A stretch of 63,579 bases of DNA, filler included, from Pirum gemmata (GCA_002812295.1; 16 parts of 16 records of this genome joined end to end with filler, not necessarily neighbours in it); one strand, 5' to 3'; shown: positions 24,584 to 36,899, counted from the first letter of the whole stretch. Numbers and translations are program-made. The notes: generated from the sequence alone by a model not told the origin.

Positions 24584-24869
24584 TTGGTGGTGTTGGTGCT
24601 ACTGGTAGTAGTAGTAGTAGTAGTACTACCACTACTAATAGGGTATTAGTAGTAGTTGTAGTTGTAGCTATAGTAGTAGTAGCAGTAGTAGTGGTAGTAT
24701 TGGTAGTAGTGGTAGTAGTAGTAGCAGTACTAGTAGTAGTAGTGCACTATAGTAGAAGTAATAATAATGATAATAATAGTAGTAGTAGTGGTACCATACA
24801 GAGTTCATAAAGTAGTACGTACACTAGCATAGTAGTAGTATTAAATTATTATTTATATCTGCACCTGCT

Positions 24870-25230
24870 CCTAACCTGTCCCTAACCCTAACCCTAACCT
24901 TACACACCTAACCTTACCCTTGCCCTGCCTAACCCTAACCCCAACCCTAACCCTAAACCTAAACCTAAACCTAAACCTAACCCTAACCCTAACCCTAAAC
25001 CTAAACCTAAACCTAAACCTAACTAACCCTAACCCTAACCCTAACCCTAACCCTAACCCTAACCCTAACCCTAACCCTAACCCTAACCCTAATCCTAACC
25101 TTAATCCTAATCCTATTACTAATCCTAATCCTATTACTAATCCTAATTCTACCCTCAGATCCTACCCTAAAATTAAATGGTCCCTAACTAATCCTATCCT
25201 AGCTAGTCCTAATCCTAATCCTACCCTATA
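24870..25230. repeat. Interstitial telomere-like (CCCTAA/CCTAAA)n array
   Basis: Direct reading; internal position. Confidence 0.9.
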
Positions 25231-25516
25231 AACTACCAAATTTGCAGTTGTTTAGTTTTTTGGAAATATTTCTACGTCTCTACGTAGACGTGGGTGGGTC
25301 TAGACTAGACTAGACTAGACTACCTGGCAGGTCTACCTGGGTCTAGCTAGACTACTATCATACTACTATAGTACTACTATCGACTTTTAGACAGTTTTTA
25401 GACACTGGTAGACTGTTCTCTTTAGCTGGTAGTCTATGATGAAAAACATTTTTTATTCAACTTCTTTTCTTTTAATTTTTTTAAATTATCATATGAAAAA
25501 AAAAAAAATAAAAATA

Positions 25517-25678
25517 AAAAACCTACTAAGATAACTAGCCAAATTATTTTTAAAAACTAGCCATTCGTTCATAATAGAGTTTTCTTAGTTAGCAGATTTC
25601 TTAAAATATGGTAGTTCTTTTATTAATAAAATTGGATTATTTTGATATTTTTTGGTTTGAACTTATCCGGCTTGGCTG
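25517..25678 (+). mobile_element. MITE family B copy (partial)
   Basis: Family core plus right TIR TTATCCGGCTTGGCTG. Confidence 0.7.
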
Positions 25679-25709
25679 TTGAAAAAAAAAAGTTACAATT
25701 TGTTGATAA

Positions 25710-26855
25710 ATAAATATGTTCAAAGATTTTTAGTTTGACTTTTGGTGGCAGTATTGGCCTTGAAAAGAGTTTGAAAAGGTTAGGTTTTCGAACTGTTTTC
25801 GACGTTTACTGTCTAGTTGGTTTTCTTTGGGTTATAAACTCATACTAGCTAGTAGCTAGCTAGTAGTAGACTACCAAGGTTAGACTAGCTAGACTATCGA
25901 TAGCTAGACTCTCTAGCTAGAGTAGCTAGCTAGTAGAGTACCGGTATCCATGTGTGACTTTTTAGAATTATTTTTGTTATCTCATATAGGGGGGTTTTGT
26001 ACTGGTTTTGTATTGATTCTTCAATATTTCAAAGGTTGGTTCACTCGTAGATTACTTTTTTTTTTGACTAGACCCCTAGCTAGTAGCTAGTATCGATAAG
26101 AGAAATTTTCCTGAGACAGTACTAGCTAGCTACAGTACTCTAGTAGCTATCGATAGCTACTAGTAGCTAGTAGACTAGCCAAAAAAAATAGAATTTTTTA
26201 GTGTGGGCCACACTAATAACACTAATTACCCTAGCTAATTATCATACCAACAGCCATACCAACGGAAACAGAAATAAACCAACACTATTCACACACAGAT
26301 ACAATAAGAAACAGGACTTTTTGTTCGAGCCATCGAGTTTACAAAACAATCTGACAAAACAATGATCCCAATTTACCTACTATCAATAGCTTAGTACTGG
26401 ACTGAAGTCTAGCTAGTTTAGTTAGTAGTGTAGGTGACGGCGTGTGGCCTGAAAAAACTGAAATCATTATTTTTTTTTTAGACAAGCCGTGGATAAAGAA
26501 TTTTTTTTTTTTTAGACTTCTTTTTTTTTAAAAGCTAACTAGCCAAATTATTTTTAAAACTGGCTATTGGTTCATAATAGAGCTTTCTTAGCTCAAATTT
26601 TGGTAGACTGGGGTCTAGTACTTTCATCAAAATTGGAGCATTTTAAGATTTTTTGGATTTTTGCAGGATGTCGCAATTTTTATCCGGCTTGGCTGCTTAA
26701 AAAAAAAAAAAAATACAAAGAAAAAAACTCACAAATAATAGTAGTTTTTAATGGACTTACCAGGCACTGGGTTAGAGTCAGACTACTAAGGGTTTATACT
26801 CTAGTAGTAGGTTACAGTTATATAGTTAAATTAAAGTTGCACTTTGTTGCTCCTG

Positions 26856-26902
<47 letters not shown>

Positions 26903-27200
26903 GTTTCATAATACTTTGGTATAAGTTAATGATTTAATTGTCACTTGGTTTTGACTTGTTGTACTTTTCATAAGGACGCCATAATATATAGTCTACGATA
27001 AGCAATTGTATTGTTCTTTTGTAGAAATATTGGTTTTTAAACTTTGTTCCTATCATAATATTATAGCTTTTTGTAGTAGTTGTTGTAGAAATTGTTAGGG
27101 TTGTTCGGATTTATATGTAATATTTTTTTGATGTAGGTTTCTTACAGGTTTGTCTATGTTCAAAGATTTTTAGTTTGACTTCTGGTGGAAATTCTTTGGA
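25710..27200 (-). pseudogene. Two F-box motif relics in a decayed, insertion-riddled region
   Basis: Minus-strand translations SKEFPPEVKLKIFEH (27156-27200) and PILPPKVKLKIFEHIY (~25710-25757) match the F-box start LPxEIxLKIF; no sustained ORF. Confidence 0.5.
26481..26696 (+). mobile_element. MITE family B copy carrying a TA-GACTGGGGTC-TA insertion
   Basis: Family core with right TIR TATCCGGCTTGGCTGC-TTAA; 12 extra bp at 26606-26617 relative to other copies. Confidence 0.8.
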
Positions 27201-27984
27201 ACAACAGTATTGACATTGAAATATCTCAGCTATCAGGATTAGTTTAGCTAGTAGTACTGAAAGAAAGAAAAATTATTGAAAGGATTCAATCATGCAGCCG
27301 TTTACTCGTATAGGTTGGTGGGTGTATCATGGATTTATGGTGTATGATAGAATACTGATATAATAGTCTGAATAGAAGCTATATGATTATGATAGACTAC
27401 TTTACAGCAGGACTACTTTTTATCAGATAGTCTATCATAGCTATCGTAGCTAGCTAGGTAGCTAGCTAGTAGTACTAAGTAGTGTCTAATTGTGTTCTCT
27501 GTGGTCTACGTATATTCAACTATGATAGACCCTGTCAATTTATAGCAATTTATTGTGTCGATTATATATAGACTATAGGTTCGACATCTATTTGAACACT
27601 TTGAGTCAGAGAATCCTGTTTTTTTTTCAAAACCATTTTTACGATAGGGTCGGTCTACCTGGTAGAGATCAATAGACTAGTAGTGGACAGTTAAGACTGT
27701 TATTTTTCTACTTATAATCATAGCTATTCATAGTGTGGTAAAACTGCTGTGTACTGGATAGACTAGATTTTTGAAACCCGAGGCCGTTCAAAATAATTAT
27801 TCTTATCGATAATCGCAGAAAGACTGTATTNNNNNNNNNNNNNNNNNNNNNNNNNNNNNNNNNNNNNNNNNNNNTTAATTAATTAANNNNNNNNNNNNNN
27901 NNNNNNNNNNNNNNNNNNNNNNNNNNNNNNTAATAATAAAATAATTAATAATAATAATATATAATAATGATTATAATAATAATT

Positions 27985-28330
27985 AGGGTTAGAGTTAAGG
28001 TTAGGGATGGGGTTATGATTATGGTTAGATTAGGTGTTTGGTTTGGGTGTTAGGGGGTTTAGAACTGGGTTAGGATTAAGATTGGGTTAGATTTAGGGTT
28101 AGGGTTAGGGTTAGGGTTAGGGTTAGGGTTAGGGCTACTAGAAGGATTAGGGTTAGGTTAGAGAGGATTAGCGTTGGGGTTATGGTTTTGGTTAGATTAA
28201 GTATTTAGTTTGGGTATTAGGGGGTTTAGAACTGGGTTAGGGTTAGGATTGGGTTAGATTCAGGGTTAGGGTTAGGGTTAGGGTTAGGGTTAGAGGGTTA
28301 GGGTTAGGGTTAGTAGGTTAGGGTTAGGTT
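27985..28330. repeat. Interstitial (TTAGGG)n array with higher-order duplication
   Basis: TTAGGG runs; the block TAGGGGGTTTAGAACTGGGTTAGG occurs twice. Confidence 0.9.
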
Positions 28331-29434
28331 AGATCAGTCACATGGCTACTTTTACATTTGCTAGCTAGGGTGAGAGGGGAATGTGTGGAGAACTAATCAG
28401 ATGTCATAGATTCAAGTAAATAGCCAAATCAGTTAATTTATAGCACCCACACTGAATATTTACATAAAAACACATATGAAAATAATTTGATTTGTTAACA
28501 ATACATATAATAATAATAACTCTCCACACTTCTCCAATAACTGTCTTTAATTTTTTAAAAAAAAAATTGTTTGAGATTAACTTTGCTCGATACAACACAA
28601 ACGTGTTTTTTGAGATATGTTTGAAAAAATTTAAAATAAAACGAGCTTAAAGATCCTGATTTTTTTTTTTAATCTGAGGTGCCTAGATATCCCAGAGATA
28701 TTCTTTTTTTCAATTTTTGTTCTAATAGTCTATTGTAAAAAAAGGAATACAGAAAAAAGCTCGTATGTATTATATATATAAGAATACAGAAAAAATCTCG
28801 TATGTATTATTTTTTTAAAATTTGATCGAAATTCGAGTCTAAACATTTTTTTTAAAAAAAAACTTTTTTATTGGTTGAAAAGCCTTTTCAAAATTTCCAA
28901 AAATAGAAAAGTATTTCTTGAAATCTTTGTTGTTGTTGTTTTTTTTCTAAAACAGGTAAAAATATGAAAATCTAGACGAATCAATAGAGACTTTCAGCTA
29001 ATTTCAAAGAGCTTTTTTTTTTTATGTTCGACTACTTACATTACTTATATTCGAAAACTGAATATTTTTCTGAAACTCAAAAGTCAGATGTTTTTTTTTT
29101 TTTTTTTTTTTTTTTGCTAGATTTGTCTAGGTTTTTGATTAGATAATATGGATAAAAGGTCTTGAAATTTAGTCGGAGTTTAATCGAAAATCGCAAAGAT
29201 TATTGGTTATTAAAGGTTAATAAAAAGAAAAATATCATATTATCATAATGCTAGTATCATAACGTATCAGGCTAGACGTATCAGGAATGGTTTTTTTTAC
29301 CCTAACCCTCAAAGCCTCAAGGTCCCTAACCTAACCCTAACCCTAACCCTAACCCTAACCCTAACCCTAACCCTATAGCTAGCTAGCCCTAGCCCTAACC
29401 CTAACCCTGACCCTAACCCAAGTACCCTAACACT

Positions 29435-29691
29435 AAAAATTGTGACATCCGCCATATGAACTCAAAAATCGGAAAAATCACAAAATGCTCCAATTTTAAT
29501 GAAATTCCTTACAAAATTTGAGAAATTTTCTAAATAAAAAAACTCTATTATGAACCAATGGCCAGTTTTTAGAAGTAATTTGGCCAGTTAGTTGGCCAGT
29601 TATAATTAGTGTTTTAAAGATTTTTCTAAAGGAAGTCGAAAAAAAAAAAAGATTTCTAGTTTTATCCAGCTTCTCAGATCCGACTTAGCTG
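29435..29691 (-). mobile_element. MITE family B copy, reverse orientation
   Basis: Reverse complement of the family core (CTCTATTATGAACCAATGGCCAGTTTTT; CCAATTTTAATGAAA). Confidence 0.75.
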
Positions 29692-31254
29692 TTTTAATTA
29701 ATATAATATAGTCATTATAATTATCATTCATTATCATTCATTATCATTCAGTATCATTATCATTATCATAAATATTATAATAATTATCATTTTAATTATC
29801 ATGAATATTATTATCATTATCAACATCAATACAGTATCATTATAATAATTTTCCTTATCCATAATCCTTATCCTTATCCATATCCTTATCCATATCCATA
29901 TCCATATCCTTATCCTTATCCTTATCCATATCCTTATCATTGGCATCGGCATCAATATTATCATTATCGATATCATTAATATTATATTAATAATATCATT
30001 ATCATTATCATTAACCATCATTATTAAAATATCATTATTATTATTAGTATTATATGTTATATCATTATCGTTATCAATATCAATATCGCTATCATTATCA
30101 TTTTCATTATCATTCATTAATATTATCATTATTAAAATTATCATTATTAATATTAATATCATTAATTAATATTAATATTAATTATCATTATCATTAATAA
30201 TTATCATTATGATCGATATCAACATCATTAAAGCTTATAATATATAGAATCGATCAATTCTCATTATCCGGTCATTATCCTTAAGCTTATCCTTATCCTT
30301 ATAATTATAATTATTATGCATAATATTATTATCATTTTCATTATTAATATTATATCGTTTTCATTAATTATAATATCATGATCATTGCAATTGTCATTAT
30401 CATTGTCATTATTATTTAGGGTTGGGGCTAGGTACTGTTAGGTACAGAGTTAGGGTCAGGGTTATAATTATGGTTAGAGGTAATTAGCGTTAGGGTTATA
30501 AGTTGGGTAAGGGTCAGGGTCAGAGTTAATTAAGGTCAGGGTTTAAAGATAACGTATACAATAATGCATAATACTATGGTACAAGAATTAATGGTAAATA
30601 ATCAATACAAGTTGTATGTTTAATATGTACAAGCTTCGGAATTTCTAAGAGGATTTGAAAAGTAGTGAATTCGAAGAATTATCTCATTTTTAATTAACAA
30701 GTTTAGAATTTTCTTAAGAAGAAAACACAGACTTCAAGACCTTGTATTATAGCTAGCTATAGTTATAACGTAAACACAGCCAACAAATTTAAAAGAGGTT
30801 AATAGTGTTGCGATGTTGATGGTGATGTTGATGGTGATGGTGATGGTGATGGTGATGGTGATCAACGGTGATGGTGATAATGATGGTGATGATGATGGTG
30901 ATGATGATGGTGATGATGATGATGGTGGTGGTGGTGGTGGTGGTGGTGGTGATCGATGGTGATGGTAATGGTGATATGGGGATGGTACGGTGATGGTGAT
31001 GGTGATGGTGATGGTGATGGTGATGGTGATGGTGATGGTGATGGTGATGGTGATGATGATGATGTTGGTTATGGTGATAGTGATGGTGATGGTGTAACAG
31101 TGATGGTGCATTTATTATATATTATACATTTTCTACTTCCATGAAGGGTTTTCGATGTATATATTACACATCATTATTTTTATAATTAATCAGTAAAAAT
31201 AACAGTAAAATATCATAATAAAAAAAATAATAAAAATAACAACTTTTCGAACAG

Positions 31255-31780
31255 AATAACATTTTTTCTTTTCAAAAAACTTAATAAAATCCTAACGAAC
31301 CAAATACTAAGTCTTTTTAAAAACTAGTCATTTGTTCATAATAGAGTTTGACGATTTCTCAAATTTTGACAGCACTTTTGTTAAAATTGGATCATTTTAG
31401 CTTTTAGGATTTTCAGCTCAAATGCTGGATGCCGCCAGTTCAATAATAAAATAAAAAAATTCGCATTACTCTACCGTTTATATTTTATTATAGACTAACA
31501 CTTAGACAGGCTACTGTTATACAGTGTTAGACTACGATAAATAAAGATTGGAATAAATATTTCCAAGGACTTCAAAAAAAAAACTTTTTTTTTGGAGTCC
31601 TTGATATTTCATAAATTTAACTGGAAATAATTATTATTTTTTTTTTTTTAGACATCTTCTCTAAAAACTGATATCGGTTCATATAGTCTAGAGTTTACTT
31701 ATCGATATTAGTTTCTGATATTTTGATAGTACTTTTATTAAAATTGGAGATTTTTAAGTTTCGTCAGTTTTGAGTCAAAA
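31255..31780 (+). mobile_element. Two diverged MITE family B copies (~31255-31440, ~31620-31780)
   Basis: TTCATAATAGAG..GATTTCTCAAATTTTG..TTAAAATTGGA core; the second copy has GTCTA and TCGATA-type insertions. Confidence 0.6.
31564..31603. mobile_element. Palindromic transposon remnant (P-like footprint) with perfect 7-bp TSD
   Basis: ATATTTC-[CAAGGACTTCAAAAAAAAAACTTTTTTTTTGGAGTCCTTG]-ATATTTC. Confidence 0.75.
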
Positions 31781-32042
31781 TTTTAAATATTATTTATTTA
31801 TTTATTACTATTTATTTTTATTTTACTAATANNNNNNNNNNNNNNNNNNNNNNNNNNNNNNNNNNNNNNNNNNNNTTAATTAATTAANNNNNNNNNNNNN
31901 NNNNNNNNNNNNNNNNNNNNNNNNNNNNNNNGTGTATGTATTTTTTTACAAATTTATATATAATCAATAAACGAAATGTCAACAAAAAAAAAAAAAAAAA
32001 TCCATCTATGCCTCTTCTCTAGGCCTAGTTGGTTCAGGGAAG

Positions 32043-33690
32043 TGTCGGCAGAGTCATAGTATAGTATAGTGCTGATAACGTAATAGATTATCTCATTTCT
32101 CATTTTAACGTGTGTTGGAAAATGGATCACTGAGCGGGAATTTTGACAACTGAGCTATCAGGTAATCCATCGTACACTAACGTAATAGATTATCTCATTT
32201 CTCATTTTTACGTGTGTTGGAAAATGGATCACTGAGCGGGAATCGAACCCACGACCAACTCTCTCCGGGAGTTTACAACTTCAGCAACACCATCAAGAAA
32301 AGACTGATAAAAGAGAAAATAGTCAAAGAAGACGATAACATATACGTCTATCTGCGTGTTACCGGCGATGGGAAACTAGCACTACTGGAATGTTATTGCG
32401 AAGACGATGACAAAGAATCCTGCGACTGTTTCCATGGAATCAACACAAAGGATGAACTCATTGTTCGCATAAATGATTCCACAACGCCACTAATTACACA
32501 AACAAAACAACAACCAGCACAGCTAACACCACAACAACCACAAAAACGACCATTATGTCCATCGCAACTGGAATGGCCAGCGTCCCATAACAAATTAGGC
32601 AACGCAAGGCACATTCAAACTTGGCGGAAAACGCTCGAAAATGAATTAACCGCGGCTGATATCATGCACATTTTCCATCCCATAGAGGGGGAAAATCTCA
32701 ACGACACTTCACCAATATACAAGCAATATTCAGCGATCGGACTTAGCCTCATTATAGCCAGCATCCAACAATCCACCATCAATGAACTCCCCGACCTGCA
32801 CGACATACCACCACACGAGCTCATAACCACAATAACAACAAAAATTGGATTTTGCAAAACCTTACTCAAATACGTTCACACTATCAAGGGCATCATCAAC
32901 GCTACCAAAGGCAAACAAAGAATCCAAGCATACACCAATCAATTAACACAATTACACCGCACCTTAGAAGCCCATCGGCCAGCAGCCATAACAGAAGACA
33001 GCAAATTCCTCATATGTTAGTGACCATACTAAAATCAGTAGCAATTATCTACTGCAGACGTATCGAGACCATATTTAGCATATCCAGCATCACAATTAGG
33101 AAGATACTTACATAATAATGATGAGCAACACATGGCTGCAGCACAACAAGTAATACAATATTTGAGTAAAACAAAACATTTAAAACTACAATACTACGCC
33201 AAACCGCAAACTACAAAAAAAAAGAAAATAAGAATAACATGTTTCGCGAATTCGTCTTATGCAGATTTACAAGATAGAAGATCGGCAATGGAATTCATTA
33301 TAGTAGTGGAAGGTAACATTGTTCACTGGGGTAGTGATGTACATGACATGGATATTTTTGGGTCTTCATGTGAAGCAGAATACGTGGCAAATAATAATGC
33401 ATTGGCTCAGACATTAAACATTAAACATTTATTACAAGATTATTACTACCTGATCATGAGATATTAGCGGAAAATTTGACAGATAATGAATCAAATGAAC
33501 AAATTATTAATGGAACTGCACCTGTTAGACGTGGATGTAGTATGTCATAGGATAAGACGGGAAGTTCAAAAGGGTACTTATTGTCACTACCAACTGGGTT
33601 GAAAGTGAATTTAATATTAATGACATGATGACGAAACCATTATCACCGCCGCAAAAGCATCTGCATATACTAAGTAAACTTTACAGAACA
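32043..33690 (+). mobile_element. Internally deleted, decayed Ty1/copia LTR retrotransposon
   Basis: tRNA-complementary PBS, then a gag-like ORF (KLGNARHIQTWRKTLENEL..GLSLIIASIQQ), abutting RT C-terminus SRPYLAYPASQLGRYL..HMAAAQQVIQYLSKT and RNase H FANSSYADLQDRRS..SSCEAEYVA..DN..NINDMMTKPL. No protease, integrase or RT core is seen. Confidence 0.85.
32225..32256 (+). promoter_or_regulatory. Primer-binding site complementary to a mature tRNA 3' end including CCA
   Basis: Reverse complement GGTC-GTGGG-TTCGATT-CCCGC-TCAGTGA-T-CCA = T arm, acceptor strand, discriminator and CCA. A shorter 19-nt copy lies at 32123-32141. Confidence 0.75.
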
Positions 33691-33708
33691 TGAGATTATA
33701 ATAGAATA

Positions 33709-33772
<64 letters not shown>

Positions 33773-34234
33773 CTTTGAAATTGCGAATGATGAGAAGGAC
33801 AAATGAAGTAAGAAATATTATACGAGAAGGAAAAATGATGTAAGAAAAATAATATGTGAGAAAGACAAATGATGTAATGTTTGAAATGTTTGGCTGTGGG
33901 GAACTTTTGAGGTTTACCAGATAATGTGAAATTACCCCAGGATGGATGACGAAAATACCCCACGGTTGAAATATCACCCCTGATTATTCGTACCAATCAA
34001 AAAGGGCTAATATTGAAAAGAGAGAAACTTTAGAATTATGAAAAAGTATAAAAGGCAGAAATAGAATGGAAATTTTCAATAAAATCACTTCTAAATTTTA
34101 CAAAACAATTTTTACAATAATTTACTTACAATTTATTTTAAATTTTTCTATTAAAAATATTCACAATAAAATACTCCTTATATTTAGTTTATCACCCACA
34201 AAACACTCAAACACTTATCATTATCAACAATATC

Positions 34235-34735
34235 GTTTGCAACAGTGGTGGTGACTTTCAGAACAAACAAGACATTTTTGTTGGTTTTTGCAGTTATAGG
34301 AAGTGCGTCTTATCTGTTGGTATTTAAAGCACTGTAAGTACTGATCAATAAGGTGGACATTGAATTTCAAATTTGGAAACCAATTTTAATTTTTTTTGAG
34401 CATGGTAGTTCTGCTGTCTTCGGTTGTGAACTTAATGTGAACTTTTTTGGTTGGGTTCCCGGTTTTTGCCTTTGTTAATTCTGGTAAAGTCCAATAGCTT
34501 GAAGCTTTCCTGTTCTAAGTCGGTTATTTCATGGGAGTGTTGTAAATATTTTCAATGCCGTTTGAAAAAGCATCTTCCGGCCGTTGAAGTAGTTTTTCTT
34601 GCAATTCTACATTGGTTGTGTACAATTTGATCGCTTTGCCCCTGGTTTTTTGGTTTGTAATTTCGGTTGCAGCTTTTGGAAAAAAATTTAATACTTCATT
34701 AAATATATTTGTGTGTGTTTGGATATTCCATCATT
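34235..34735 (-). pseudogene. Decayed LINE ORF1 (gag-like, zinc knuckles)
   Basis: Minus strand QCFKYQQIRRTSYNCKNQQKCLVCSESHHHCCK resembles the QCFxCQxxGHxxxxCxxxxxCxxCGxxH tandem knuckles of Jockey/I-type ORF1; stops and frameshifts upstream. Confidence 0.6.
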
Positions 34736-35930
34736 CTGTTAATAACGTCATATGTGATGTCATTGTTTCATAGTATATCCATAGTCTATCTATAGTCTAT
34801 CTATAGTCTATTTCAACAGTTGTGGTTGTGGTTTTATTAGAATTTTAAGTAAAATTTATGAGAATTTAGGGTGGGAAACAAAAAAGTTTCATATAGTATG
34901 TATCAATGAAAGTATATAAAATAATGATTGACAAATAAATAACAAAATGATGTATATGTATAAATAAAATAAATATGAATACTGATCATGACTTCAAACC
35001 CTAAATAATAAAATTATAATGATAATAAATATAAAAATAAACTATTTTTTTCTATTTTACTACACTATTCCTAACTTATATATTATTCATGATATATGAT
35101 AACAACTCTTACTACAATAACTAGCTAGAGTCTCAAGACTAAAATATAACTATTTATAAACTCTAGATACTACACTCCGATGGGTCGGGCCAAAAAGCCT
35201 AAATCAATATTTTTTCTATTTATTTTATAAAACCAAAATTAAGCAATTTTTTTGACCAGAGTTACTCTTTGTAGAGTACATAAAAAAAAATTACGAACAA
35301 AACTTCCATGCCCTAACCCTAACGGTTGTTGTGTAAAAGCATAAAAAAAGTATTTTTTCATTTCATTCATTCATTCCATTTATTATTATTATTATTATTA
35401 ATTATTGATGGAATTGGAAATTTGTCATATTTAATATTTTTGTCTAAATTTTTGTTATTGTATCATTTATTAATGGTATTAATTAAAATTTAAGCCTTCT
35501 CTTTGACAATACATGTATATTTATATATATAAACTAAATATTTTTTGCGGTATTTTACTAGGATATATTTTTTAGTGATTGTAAACAGGGCTATCATATC
35601 TATATTAATGTATTTTATCTGCTACGCAACTTTCCCCGTTGATTTCTTAGTCTGATTTCATGATACACCAGGCCAGCTGGTTGAAAACATGGTTGAACAA
35701 GTAAACCAGACTAACAATATCCAAATAGCAATTTAGCCATTTAGTATATAATATCATTTGATGATGATGACTTGGCCATGGCATCTACCCCATTATATTG
35801 GGTTCCCTTTTCATCTATTAGCAAGACCATNNNNNNNNNNNNNNNNNNNNNNNNNNNNNNNNNNNNNNNNNNNNTTAATTAATTAANNNNNNNNNNNNNN
35901 NNNNNNNNNNNNNNNNNNNNNNNNNNNNNN

Positions 35931-36899
35931 GATATAGACAACAGCAACAATAACAATAACAATAACAATAATAATAACAATAACAATAACAATAACAACA
36001 ACAATAACAACAACAACAACAACTTTAATAATAATGGTCATATCGACGAGAATGAAATCATAGTAACCGGTAGTGCAGTACTTATAGATTCCTCACTAAC
36101 AACACCAATAACAACTGCAACAAATATTGATATCACTTCTCCTAACAATAAAACTACAAAACAAGAACTAACATTGCCATCCTCTTTACCAAAACCTTCA
36201 AACACTTTTTTATTATCATCAGCTTCATCACCATTATTAAACATTAACTTAATTAACAATAGGAATGGGAATAATAATAATAATATTAATAGAAGGGATT
36301 TTGGTTCATTTTCATCAACCCCAAAAACTTCCCCAGTTACTTCAGACTCACCCTCTGCTTCATGTCCATCATCACCACTTTTATCCACCACCATAACCCC
36401 ATTATTGAAATCATCAAAATCATTGCCATTTCTGTCAGCAACGCTTTCCGATAGTCATAATAATCCTAACAACGTGAACTACCACCAAGGTTTCAGTAAT
36501 AATAATTCTCTTACAGATCTCACACTTAATAATTTAACGTTTAACACTTGTCAAAGTAATAGCTCTTTTTCGAATATCAATTTATCATCTTCTACCTCTT
36601 TGACGTCTCTGTCATCATCTATATTTCCCTATTCAGGAACACATGCTACTAATAGTAACGATGACTTCTTGATTGCAAAAGAATTAAATAGACAACGAGC
36701 TAATACTGGAATGATGAAAAATTCGAATACATCTAAAATTGTTGTTTGTATGAATTGTTGTATAGTATGTACCAAATCTTTTAGTTTTGGAAAATATACC
36801 GGAAACATTTTGTGCAGTGGTTGTGCGTTGTATGAGAAATTACATAAAGGTGCACAAAAACCGATACACAAAAGAAAATCAGTACAAACAGTAAAATAA
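35931..36899 (+). CDS. GATA-type zinc-finger protein, C-terminal part (5' partial)
   Basis: Frame open from the scaffold start; Asn/Ser-rich region, then CMNC-X18-CSGCALYEKLHKGAQKP (C-X2-C-X18-C-X2-C plus LYxKLH basic tail). Confidence 0.75.
   Translation, partial: DIDNSNNNNNNNNNNNNNNNNNNNNNNNNNNFNNNGHIDENEIIVTGSAVLIDSSLTTPITTATNIDITSPNNKTTKQELTLPSSLPKPSNTFLLSSASSPLLNINLINNRNGNNNNNINRRDFGSFSSTPKTSPVTSDSPSASCPSSPLLSTTITPLLKSSKSLPFLSATLSDSHNNPNNVNYHQGFSNNNSLTDLTLNNLTFNTCQSNSSFSNINLSSSTSLTSLSSSIFPYSGTHATNSNDDFLIAKELNRQRANTGMMKNSNTSKIVVCMNCCIVCTKSFSFGKYTGNILCSGCALYEKLHKGAQKPIHKRKSVQTVK

Noticed and set aside
32225..32256. tRNA gene on the minus strand
   Set aside because: Only the T arm and acceptor 3' strand with CCA are present, with no D or anticodon arm; context fits a retrotransposon PBS.
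35585..35830. Possible upstream exon of the GATA gene
   Set aside because: Separated from it by an artificial linker and interrupted by stops.
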